Assembly: GCF_006345805.1 (NCBI RefSeq)
Contig: NC_042999.1
Span: 76,198,001-76,262,000 of the forward strand
Length of the DNA: 64,000 nucleotides
Source of the DNA: Octopus sinensis
Taxonomy: Eukaryota
Direction: 5' to 3'
Shown: positions 40,816-54,866 of the stretch, one piece after another
How positions within the stretch are numbered: the first letter of the stretch is position 1
Layout: every line of letters begins with the position of its first letter
Notes under the pieces: model-generated
What the model saw: the letters and a program-made list of their open reading frames with translations, nothing else
What the model was told of the DNA's origin: nothing
The model's database searches: none
Translations under genes and position numbers: made by a program

Positions 40816-42069
40816 GTAGGTAGGTAGCTAGCTAGCTAGCCAGCCAGCTAGCTAACTAAGTAGTGCGTTAGTAGGTTTAGAGACATATATGTAAGTATGT
40901 ATGTGTATTATGCCTTACGTAAGTGATAAGAAGTAAATACATAACAGATGACTTAGCCTTTAATTATTTCGTGGTGAAGTTATCGCGTAAGAAACTCGGA
41001 GTAATGACAGAATGAAATTTTATTTTGGGACACTATACACGTCAACACACAGATTCATTGGTTTCATGTATGAACATTTTTTCTTCAGAAATAAATAGAA
41101 AGCGAGTGAAACAGAAAGTGCTGTATGTGCGTGTGTGTGCAAATATAAGTATGTATATATATATATATATATATATGTGAGTTAAGTCAGAGGTTATAAC
41201 AATAGTCTAAGGGATACTTGTATCCAATTAATCCACTGTATCCAATTAATCCACTATATTTAATCATGTGCATTGGTATTAATGCTCATAAATGATAGGT
41301 AATGGCAAGAATAAACTAAAGTTTATCAATATTCAAGGAAAGCAGAAAATGGAGATATTTCCAACTTTATCTCCATTTTCTGCTCTCCTTGTATGTATAA
41401 AGATAAATATATATATATGAACACACACACATATATGAATGCCTATGCGCGTATATTCATGCACACGCACACATGCACACACATACAAGGAGAGAGAGAG
41501 AGAGAGAGAGAGAACGGAGAAAGAGTTATGGAGAAATGGCGATACAGATGAAGAGACTGACATGGAGAGATTTCGAAACTGTGAGCAACTCACCAAGGAT
41601 TTGCTTTTAATTAAAATATTCTAAATATAATATGATAAATTAAATGTTTTAATATTACTAAAACTACAACCACCAACACAACTACAACTACTACTAGTAT
41701 TAATGATAATAATAGTAATGGGAATATATAAAGGTGTACAATCATGCACATGCATGTGCATGCAAGCGTAAATACATGGATACATTCATGTCTGTGTGTG
41801 TGTGTGTGGTGTGCACATATATTCAATTATGGCTTCCTGCATGTGCGAGTATGTGTCTGTTAGATGGTATGTTGCTTTATGCTTAAATATCTGCAATCTC
41901 CTCAGGCACATTCACATGCTGCTATACACAAGATAACCTAAGACATAGATTATATATTAATATATACAAATAGTGATACATACGTACATATATTCATACA
42001 TGTGTGTGTATGTGTGTATATATATATATATGTATATACGTGAGTCTATGACATTTACGCCCCCCCCCC

Positions 42070-42220
42070 ATGGTCAATAACCACGCAAGGACAATTACCC
42101 CTGAGGACAACAGATGATGATTTAAAAGAGGGAGTAATTAACCAAGAGGCGTAATTGCCCTACGGGGTAGTTGTCGTCGGGGGGAATTGTCCTATGGGTG
42201 GTGGGTAATTGTCCTGATAC
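42070..42220. mobile_element. Small MITE-like element with arrays of a ~12-bp motif in opposite orientations
   Basis: GGACAATTACCC-type motifs on the left; GGGTAATTGTCC / GGGAATTGTCC / GGGTAGTTGTC on the right. Confidence 0.55.
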
Positions 42221-42620
42221 AATGTACGTACATATGTATGAGCGAATGGAGAGATGAATGGATGGAGGGATGGAGGGATGGAGGGATGGCCGGACGGACA
42301 GATATCTAAGTATAACCATAAGTTAACGAGTGAGCAGGAATGTACGTATGTACGATATATCGATGAACGCTTGGATGGATGGAGGGATGAACGTATGGAC
42401 GGCTGGATGGATGGATGGATGGATGCATGGTTGGATGCATGGATGGATGGATGGATAGATGGATGGATAGATGGATGGTGGACGGATGGACAAGTATCTA
42501 AATATAAACATAAATTAACGACTGTGCATGTGTATATGTATATCTATATGTGTGTGTGTGTGCATGTATGTATGCATATATATATAATTATACACACATA
42601 CTACATATATATATATATAT

Positions 42621-44224
<1,604 letters not shown>

Positions 44225-44261
44225 TATATATATATTCATATATATGCATTATATGTATTCG

Positions 44262-44292
<31 letters not shown>

Positions 44293-44293
44293 T

Positions 44294-44330
<37 letters not shown>

Positions 44331-45096
44331 TATGTGTGCATATATTTTTTTTAATTTGTTTACGGGAAATGTTTTAAATATGCAAATAAACCTCCTATTC
44401 CATTATGCTAGTATACGGACTGTGATCTTAAAAGACATGTGATCTGCGGAAACGCGCGTAACGATACATCCAAATATTGATAAATTCCATACAAAGATTA
44501 TTATTATTACTATACATACATACATACATACGTATGTATTTATGTATGTATGTACGTATGTATCTATGTATGTATGAATGTATGAATGTATAGATTTGTT
44601 TAATGTGTGTGTGTGCGCGCGCGCGTGTGTGTATGTGTTCTATAAGAGTGTTTTAGTGCATACACTATCAAAGCCACAAAATATCAGAAACTGTACCATG
44701 CCGGATTCAAAGTGAAATTATATACAACGAAATTAATCCAGGATTGTCTTTCATCCCTCTTGGGATCAATAAAATAATACCTGTGTCGTATCATCCATCT
44801 CTAACAAAGGCATGTTTATATCCTCTTTGCAAAACGTTTGTAACCAAATGCCAATAAAAGAAATCAATATATTTTTACTGTATCTACTTCGTTTTCGCAC
44901 GTTAGTGAACCCCATATATTTTAGAGCAGTTTTGATAGTGATACCTTAAGGAAGGCGTTTATCGCGCAAATAAAGGAAATAACTCCGCTCAAGAATCGAA
45001 ACAATATATTCTCTATTCATAGATGAAACTGAGCTAAGCAGTGATCCACATTTTAATTCTTTTTGAATTATTTTTAGTTAATTGGTGTGTTACCAT

Positions 45097-45127
<31 letters not shown>

Positions 45128-46164
45128 TTCATTTAGGTAAAGAGATATAGCCAATTAAATCCACTGCACATTCTAATTGAACCTAATATTTTAATATTCA
45201 TTAATGGCATCTGCGGTGAATATTAGTTTAAAATGTTTGTCATTCGATCGTATAATAGTTTTGCCTGGAAAAAAAGCACAGGTCCTGTTATGTTTGTAAT
45301 TATGAATTCTTCAAATTAATTTCTTTCTTTTTTTCTCACTTCAGAAATTTCAGAAAACTCTTCGTTTCACTTTTGGAATGAATTTTCATTAATTTTCATT
45401 AACATTTTCTTTTTCTGTTTGCTCATTACAGGGACAATTTCAATTGAGTAGAAATCACTCTAGTCTCAGTAGACTAAGTATGTTGATCCTATATTTCATT
45501 AGAAGTTATTTACGCAGGAGGCTGCTTGAGGAAATTTTCAATATCTGAAGAGCAACAGTAACTAAGGCACTTCGTTCCTAGCATATACAATTTAGAGCAA
45601 AGTATAGGTAATGGGGAGGATAAATTTCACCAGTGCTAACAGCGGCGCCCCAGTGAAACTGAACACTTCATTGTGCTACAGTGTCCAGATCAATTCTAAT
45701 CGTACGGAAAATTATCTGCAATGAACTGGTGACCTATACAGAGAATGATTTATACCCATTGTTTGAAAGTTTTAGAAATCAAGAATCAACAGAGCAAGAG
45801 TATAGAGTAACGGGCTGCTTCATAGTCAATCAAAACGGAGCAGCAAATGCAAAATATAAGTTAGTCCTAGAGCGCACAATGTTCCTAAAGGTCACTGATG
45901 GTCTTCCTCGATCACGAGTGGACGGCCATCAAGTATGTATATACATAGTTCAAATTTGCAGAAAATAAAAGACAAAGACAGGCACAGGAACAACATGTTG
46001 GTGTATTAGTTTGACGCTCGGGAAGAATGAAGTATTTGACATTTCGAGCCTACGGTTTTCGACAGAAGGGTTTGGGAGGGTAAAAAATGGAGAGAGAACG
46101 ATAAAAAAAAGAAACGGAGAGAGAAAAGTAATGTATGGAGAATAATGGTTTAACATGATGAAAA

Positions 46165-46352
46165 TGTATGTATGTATGCATGTACATACATGCATACATA
46201 CATACATACATACATACATACATACATACATACATACATACATACATACGTACATACGTACGTACATACATACATACATACATACATACATACATACATA
46301 CATACATACATACATACATACATACATACATACATACATACGTACGTACGTA
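46165..46352. repeat. (TACA)n microsatellite
   Basis: Direct observation. Confidence 0.95.
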
Positions 46353-46374
46353 GTACAGGTGGAATCTCCTAGTG

Positions 46375-46735
46375 AAATCCTCAATAAAATATAAACACAG
46401 CAGACCTGATATAATGATTTGGAACAGAGAAAAGAAACTGTGTACAGTTGTGGAAATTAGCTGACCAGCGGATGTTAACATAAAGCAGAAGGTGAGTGAA
46501 AAAGAGAATACCTATGCTGAACTTTTGAGAAAACTGCAGTTACTCTATCAATATTACAAGTTCCGGTTTATACTTGTAATTATTGGGATACTGGGATATG
46601 TAACGCACTACATAAATAGCAATCTTGAAAAATTAGGCTTCCCAAAACCAGAAAGGAGAAAGTTAATTCGAACACTATAGATCCAAGCCATCACTGGAAC
46701 TGTAAAAGTCGGTAAAACTTTCCAGAAGCTTTATT
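46375..46735 (+). mobile_element. R4/Dong-like LINE 3' fragment (RLE domain)
   Basis: KIKHSRPDIMIWNREKKLCTVVEIS.PADVN...KENTYAELLRKLQLLY...IIG.LG...AITGTVK. Confidence 0.85.
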
Positions 46736-48055
46736 ATCTAAGTATATATGAGCATGTCTAGATATGCAACTATATGCATGAGAAGAGATACATAAAACAA
46801 AACAAACAAATCTGTATAGATATATACATACATACATACATACATACATACATACATACATACATACATACATACATACATACATACATACATACATACA
46901 TACAGATGTTAGTTTTGTACATGGAAGTGTAATAGAGAACTTAAAATACGTTGCAAAGTTCAGTCACATAGTTCTTTAAAGCACAGTTTTGATCCTTGCC
47001 TGTGTTTCTTGCTCTGCGATCTTTCAGATGGTTATACTAGATATTCAAAAAGCAATTGAAGCGTTTTCATTTGGGCAATTCATTGCTGATTAAGCATAAC
47101 TAAGTTCCTTACTACGATTTGCTGCCATCCCCAGTCCCATATTAGTAGGTTATAGTTACTTTATGATCTGCATTTCAGAATAATTTGTGAATAATAACTT
47201 TTGTTTATGTCATTGAGTTATGATCCGATCCCTCTCGTTGTAAAGGCATAGTTATAGTATAATAATGTCTTTGGTCACTTTGGCACATAATATATGAGTT
47301 GCGGTGAACGGAAAGAACATTATTAACGTCGACTTCGTTTTAAGAGGTCTAACGTCATCGAGAAAGGCTTCTCATTGATCCTTCTGGGATCGATGAATCA
47401 AGTACGAATCATCTACTGGGATCGAATAAATCGACAAAACTTCTCGCGAATATTGGAGGTTTTGTGTTGATGTAATCAAATATTATACAACAATATCTTA
47501 AGGAGACTCAAAGAGTATAGATTTAGGATTAAAGGCGGCATCAGTTGGATTCTATATATTTTGAGCTCAGATATCCCCATGGTACATTTTGCATTTTATT
47601 ATTCAAATTTTGTCACAATCAGTACTAAGAAAGTATTGGAAGCCACTCATACAACATTATATATATCACAGATTATGGATTCTAGCTATGAGGAAATACG
47701 AGAATCATAATTGTTGCTAGAACTCATAAAAGGCAGCTACTCATTACATGAAAACAAACAATGTTAAGAGAAATAATAGATATTAAACGCCTTTCTAGGT
47801 AGCTGGTAAAAAGAAAGTATTCGATCGATTCAATATAGAAATAAAAGTTTCTTGTGCTATAAGAGTTAAGAGGAGGACAGTGTTTCTTCGAATCTATGAA
47901 GAGATAGATACCTCATATGTATAATAATGAACTAGGATACAAATTGTATGATGATCAATAATAACAGCAGATGGAAGGTAATAACAAGCGTATGATGAAT
48001 ATTACTACTACTACTACTACTACTACTACTAATAATAATAATAATAATAATAATA

Positions 48056-48094
<39 letters not shown>

Positions 48095-48463
48095 GCAGTT
48101 GATTGATGGTAATACGAAACAATGGTAAGATGAAAGAACTACTCATATGTTGTGAGATTAGGTGCGCATAGAAAAATACACACACATGCACAAATATACA
48201 CGCTTATATATATTGGCATGTATATGTAAGACTAAATATGTGTGCGTTTATGTGTCAAAATACATACATAAGTATGTGAAGAAATGAAGAAATAAATATC
48301 TGTGTGTGTATACATACATACATGTGTGTGTATGCATGCATGCATGTATACACATATAATATATACGAAATAAAAAGCATATATACGCATCCCTAAATGC
48401 AAATATAGATCGAAAGATAAATGCACATATATATATATATATATATATACATATGAAATACAC

Positions 48464-48540
<77 letters not shown>

Positions 48541-49069
48541 CCATATATGTATATATATATATACATACATGCATATGCATATATATACAAAAATATATAT
48601 ATACATATATATGCATATGCAACATATACAAATATATATGTGTACGTGTGTTTGTGTTCAATACAGTTCGACTCTGTCTTTACCAAGCTTATCTCAGCAG
48701 AAGAGACGCTTAAACATGTACAACAAAGGCGTAGAAAGCATTTATGGCGTAGGTAATTTGCATAAAATCAAAGGAATGCCAGCTAAGAGAAATAGCTCAG
48801 AATGACCAGTGGCATGAATGCGATTCCAAGAATCATCCTTACCCGGCAAATATAGTTCGAAAGTGGGCTCAATAACTGACAACCCGGACATGCAGAAGGG
48901 TATAGAGGATTAGTATAACAACTAACATACGTCGATACATATTGACGCATACACACACACGTGTTGTATATATATATATATATAATGCACACAGACAGAC
49001 ATATATAATATATAATATATATATATATATTTTATATATATATATAATATTATAATATAACTTAGAATA

Positions 49070-51000
49070 ACTTAGAAAGGTTTTTGGCCAGTATTGGCCC
49101 AGGCCTGTCTAACTTAATAGCACACCTGGCGAAGTCTTTCAGTTCAGGATTTGGGCACCAGGCCCATTCGAGCAGAGAGTTATTGTTTGCAGAGACATAT
49201 CCGGGTGGGGTGGTTTGTCCGGTAATGTTGAAGGAATTTGTCCAAAGACTTCTTGACTTTTGTGTGGTCAGTTCTTTTTGACGTGTCCTGGTGTAATATT
49301 GAAGAGAGCGGGTCCATTGAGGTGAAATAGTTGTGCCGTATTGTGGTTATGTGATGGATTTAGATTTTTGTTGTGGACTGATGGCACGTGGTCCAAGCCT
49401 TGGATGCATTTTGAAGGTGATGCCAACATCATTCGGACAGTGCTGATGGAATATTTTCCACATCATACAGATAATGTAGCGTTCACGGCGTCGTTGGAGT
49501 GAATACAATTTCAGCTTCTCTAGTCTACCCCAGTAGTCAAGGTCTGACATGCCATCTATCTTTTTTGTGATTGACCTTTGGGGAGCTTCAATTCTCATAA
49601 TATTTTGTTTTGTGTAGGGAGACCACAGTGGACAGCAGTATTCAAGGTGGGGTCGGGCAAAAGTGGAGAAGAGAAGGATAATAGCGTGGGAATCTCTCGA
49701 CTGGAAGGTTCTGAGAATCCAGGAACACATTCTGCGGGCCATGTCAACTTTGCTGCTTATATGTGTAGCCCAGCTTATGTTGTTGTCCACTGTTACTCCC
49801 AGTCTCTGATGTTGTTGGATGCCATGAGAATTTCTCCAGAAGGAGAGAGTATGGGAGTTTCAGAGCGTCCTCCCTTCAAAGTGGATCAGTTCGAATTTGT
49901 CTTCATTTAGCAACATGTTATTCTTTTCCGCCCATTGGACAACAGCCAGTAGGTCTGACTGAAGGTTTATTCGGTCATCCACGCCATTGATGACCTTCTG
50001 GAGCTTGGAATCATCAGCGAAGGTTCTGATGTTGCTGTGTTTGATGGTGTCAGTAATATCATTTATGTAGATGATGAAGAGAAGTGGGCCCACACAGTGC
50101 CTTGTGGGGACACCACTGCTGACTTTGGCTGGCTGGATTGGACTCCTTCGCACTACAACATGTTGGGTTCTGTTAGAGAGGAAGCACTTGATCCATTGCA
50201 GCAGCTTTCCAGTGACACCAATATGGACAGCTTTCTCAGAAGGATCTTATGATCAACCCTGTCAAAGGCCTTGCTGAAATCAAGGTAGATGACATCAGTG
50301 TTGGAACCCTCTCCCAAGGCTCTCAAAATGTCATCAAAATGATGCAGTAGCTGCGTCAGGCAATCTCTCCCATTACGGAATCCATGCTGGTTGGGTTCAG
50401 CATATTATGACTCTCAGGAGAGAGTGAGTCATACGCGATCTCAGCACCCTCTCAAATACCTTGATGATAAGAGAGGTGAGTGAGATTGGACGGTAATTCA
50501 CGGCAAGCGATTTGTTTCCTTTTTTGAAAAACTGGGACAACAGACTGGGATAGAAGGTTTCTGGTATATATCCAGCATCAATGAGTTCCGCCACAGATTG
50601 GCTAGAGGGGGTGCAAGTTGGTTTTGACCATCTTCAAGACACAAGCAGGGAACCTATCGGGACCTACTGCTGAATTATGCTTCATTCCTTTATTGCTGCT
50701 AAGACATCAGGAGCGCCAAATGTTATGCCTCGATAAAGTGTATTGGGGAGTAACATCACTGATACAGCCCAGATCAGTCATATCAGGATTGCTGAAAACA
50801 GAGCAATATTGTTTCTGCAATATTTCTCCCATGGTTTTGGCATTGTCTTGAAGAGTACCATTTCATCAATCAGAGGGCCAACAGTAGAACCATGACTCTT
50901 GTGTTTTTTTGCAAATGAAAAGAACACTTTGGGATTGAGTTTGATCTTCTCAAGGGCCAGGCCTCTTCAGCTCTTCGCTGACTATTGATGATAGACATCA
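49070..51000 (-). mobile_element. CR1-clade LINE, 5'-truncated, RT domain and 3' end
   Basis: NYRPISLTS, HGFRNGRDCLTQLL...IYLDFSKAFDRVDH, GPLLFIIYINDI, FADDSKL, RPHLEYCCPLWSP, LYSLQRRRERY. Ends in a (TTCTAAGTTA)2 tandem tail. Several frameshifts. Confidence 0.95.
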
Positions 51001-51031
51001 TGTGTTTTGGAGTTTATGTTTTTTAATCTAT

Positions 51032-51073
<42 letters not shown>

Positions 51074-51086
51074 TACATATGTATAT

Positions 51087-51282
51087 AAAGTTAATCCAAA
51101 CAAGAAAGCACAAAAAAACACAAACGCGAGGACATGGAACAAATATAGTATTATTGGACGCTCAGGAAAGAAGGAAGGTTTAACGTTTCGAGCGGAGCTC
51201 TTCGTCGGAAAAATAGGAGAAGGAAAGATCCAGAGAAGGGAAGAAAGAGGAAAAAAATCGCCAATGGTACACACGAGGTCAC
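51087..51282 (-). mobile_element. ~200-bp hammerhead-bearing element, copy 2
   Basis: The reverse complement matches 32185-32398 (GTGAC..GTG.GTAC..TGGCGATTTTTTT...TTGGATTAACTTT). Flanked by (TA)n. Confidence 0.75.
51178..51212 (-). ncRNA. Minimal type-I hammerhead ribozyme-like motif (variant core), copy 2
   Basis: UUU-CCGACGA-A-GAGC(UCC)GCUC-GAA-ACGU-U-AAA. Confidence 0.58.
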
Positions 51283-51440
51283 GTATATATATATATATAA
51301 TATATATATATACATGCATACAGACAGGCACAAATCAAAACATATGTTTAAATATAGACGAAGGTGAGTTAAACGAAACTTCGATGTCACAATCAACCTT
51401 TTCCCTGTAAATTTGATATACACACACACACTTTATTAAT

Positions 51441-51542
51441 CACAACAATCGTTTCGGCTCGTCTTGCATCGATCCCTCACGAGTAAGATACTCTGCAACT
51501 GCTTATGTTGCATCCTTCCTTGCAGAGGTGTCTCGTCAGGTG
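51441..51542 (-). ncRNA. Candidate type-I hammerhead with canonical core and 77-nt stem II region
   Basis: CAC-CUGACGA-G[75 nt]C-GAA-AC(GAUU)GU-U-GUG, followed by AUUAAUAAA. Confidence 0.4.
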
Positions 51543-52855
51543 CCTTTTCAAAAGGTACTCTGCTCAATACAATCGGTTTCGTTTGGTTCGATTATACAAC
51601 ATGTCGTTATTTAGTTGTAGGCGGTTGCCCCTAGGTTGCGTTCTTCCAAATGACATGGAACAGATACAGTCTATTTTATATATATATATATATATAAACA
51701 GTTAACAGTTAATACAGTTGCTCGTAAATAAATGACAAAAAATAAAAGAATAATAAGATTATTTTGATAAGTATACGCATTTTGACATACGAAAACATAA
51801 CAACGTATACATACATCCAAGATCTCTTAGACTGACACTTACGTCATTACAGATAAGTAGATATAATTAAATTAAGTCATAAAATACGAGGCAGTCTTTT
51901 TTGAGGTGAACAAACAAAGAACATCAGCAAATTCAGGTCTTAAGTAAAATTTGGCGGTCCGTTCATCTCCATCACGTATACACCCCGAGGGATCAATGCA
52001 AGATTGGTTGGAACGATCTTTGTGATTAATAAAAGATCTCGTGAATTCCATTTTCTGTTCCTCTCATTTGTTATATATTCGTCGAACACTGAGGTAGATC
52101 CATGGAATTTATATCAATAGTGTTGATGACATCAGACAGCTATACACAGTGAAAGTGCTTTAATCAGCATTCTATATGGTGTATTTCCAAGCTTTAATTA
52201 ATTACATATATGTGTGTGTGTGTACATATATGTATGTATGTATACATGTATGTATATGCATATCTTATGTATATTTATGTAAATGTACTCATAATTATGT
52301 ATTCATTTATATGTATATATAATACACACGCATAGATGCACACATTTCTTAAATTTATGCAATTTTTAATTAAAATCTTCATTCTAATGCATTCAGTCTT
52401 TCAGTTCTTTTATCTCCGTGTCTCTTCCCATCTTCTTTATATCATTACTCATTTAGCGAGGAACAATAAGGAACCTACTCCTACCTTTATTCTTCATATA
52501 CAAACAACACACAAACATATATTCCACATAATTACAAAATATTCCTGAAGTTAGGTAAACTCACTTACACACGCATACAAATACATGCACACACACTCAT
52601 ACATATGTACGTGTGTATGTATATAAAATTTTCTTACACTTGTCATATTCGTTAATATTCAGCAAATTTTCGCATTTTTTTTTATTGTTTGTAATTGCAA
52701 TGTCACCTCATCCGTTGTAATTCTGTGAAATGAAGGCATTTTATTATTACAGTAGTTCTTTGTTGTTCTTCCAGTTATTCTTGCTGCAGCTGCTGATGAT
52801 GATGATCATCATCATTATTACCATCATCATTATCACCATTATTATTATTATTATT

Positions 52856-53075
52856 AGGGTGACGAGCTGGTAGAAAGATTAGCACGCCAGCGAAATGCCT
52901 AGCGGTATTTCGTCTGCCGCTACGTTCTGAGTTCAAATTCCGCCGAGATCGACTTTGCCTTTCATCCTTTCAGGGTCGATTAAATAAGTACCAGTTACGC
53001 ACAGGGGACGATGTTAATCGACTTAATCCTTTGTTTGTCCCCTCTATGTTTAGCCCCTGTGGGCAATGAAGAAAT
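52856..53075 (+). mobile_element. SINE family B, full length
   Basis: GGTGACGAGCTGGTAGAAAGATTAGCACGCC...GAGTTCAAATTCC...CTTTGCCTTTCATCCTTTC.GGGTCGAT...GCCCCTGTGGG. Preceded by (ATT)n. Confidence 0.95.
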
Positions 53076-53109
53076 ACATATATAGACGTTCATATACATA
53101 TATATATAC

Positions 53110-53180
<71 letters not shown>

Positions 53181-53845
53181 GTGTGTGTGTGTAATTATAT
53201 ATTTATGTATATACATTTTGTGTGTGAGAGAGAGATGTGAAGTATATTTGGGATACATCATAGCAATTAAGGAAGACATTTTTGGCAACTATTTCAATAT
53301 ATGTCATGATATCAGAATTAGTAGAAAAAACGTGTAGAGATAAACTGGAAAAATATAAAATATACAAACATAATTGAATTATATTCCTTATACCACAGCG
53401 TGTATTTGTTAAATAAAGGTTACCTGCAACGGGAATTTATAAAAAATATTAAGAAGTCTCGACATATTTTTATTCAAACTTCTTCAACCCATTGAAAATA
53501 AACCTGAGTAAATATTGCATTGGTATGGGGTAATCTATATGTTTTCTCACACACTTTTATTCCTTGCTTTCTCCAAATTTCATTAACATTTTCTATTTTC
53601 TGCTTGTGTCCCTTTCTCCCTTTCTTGATTTTTTTCCTTTCCACAACACGCATCTCTCACTGTTCTGTCTGGCTTTCAATTTTATCCATCCTTTCACTTT
53701 AATATTTTTCATAAAATCCTGCTGTTCTTTTCATTTTATCTTTCAACAATATCCCTTGTCACACGTATCTGTCTCTCACCCTCTCCCTCAATTTTGTATG
53801 TCTGTTTGCATCTCTCTCACTCCCCACTCTCTCTCTATATATATA

Positions 53846-53911
<66 letters not shown>

Positions 53912-54305
53912 CACACACACATATATATATATATATATACCTATGACCTATGTATTATTATGTGTCTCTCTCTATATATAAATACATACATATATATATT
54001 GACATATATTAATACATATGTACATATATACACGTACATACATACAAGCATGCATACATGCACACATACATACAAATACACCTGCATACATACACAGGCG
54101 TGAGTGAACAAACAAAAAAAGACTCAACATATTCAGCTGGAGTTGCATATTTTTAATAACAGTTTTACTCAGTTCTACATATCTTAAACTTCCGTGGGCG
54201 CGTAAGACAAATCTACCTCCTTGGATTGACTCGTTTTACGTGCCCCACGAAACTTTTCTATGCTAAGTGAATCTGCTGTTATTATATATATATATATATA
54301 TATAT

Positions 54306-54361
<56 letters not shown>

Positions 54362-54712
54362 GTTTCTCCGTTATAGGTAGGATCAACAAAAGAACAAGTA
54401 TCCATCCAGTGAGAGATACATATTACCATAAGAGAGATTTTTCGCTACGGTAACTGCAGCAACATCACCACCAAGCAGTGATTAAGAATAAACGAATCTG
54501 AGGTTATTTGAAATATGTGTTAAGTTCTAAATGTAGATTCACTGCGGTTACCGAGGAGAAAATGGTAAAAGATGTAAAAACACCATATATGGCCAAGAAG
54601 TTAAAAAGTAGGATGTACAGATCACTATCCTGAACTAATACTGTTTCCGTTGCTAATGACGAGTTATATTCGCATACATACATACTTATAATATGGTGAG
54701 AGAGAAAGAGAG

Positions 54713-54750
<38 letters not shown>

Positions 54751-54866
54751 TAATACGTATATAAAATATAAAGTTATATCTTGAGTGGCAAGATATTTTA
54801 TTCCACTTTTATAAATTCTCCCATACATGCAAAGCCACATACTCAGGTCCGAGTCCTCGACTAACA

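Noticed and set aside
45560-45968. 95-aa ORF and ETEHFIVLQCP zinc-knuckle-like peptide
   Set aside because: Could be a decayed L2/CR1 3' end but is too degenerate to call, and there is no evidence for a host exon.
51351-51392. TAGACGAAGG...CGAAAC...GTC hammerhead-like string
   Set aside because: The core C3/U4 is altered and stems I and II do not pair; at best a dead relic.
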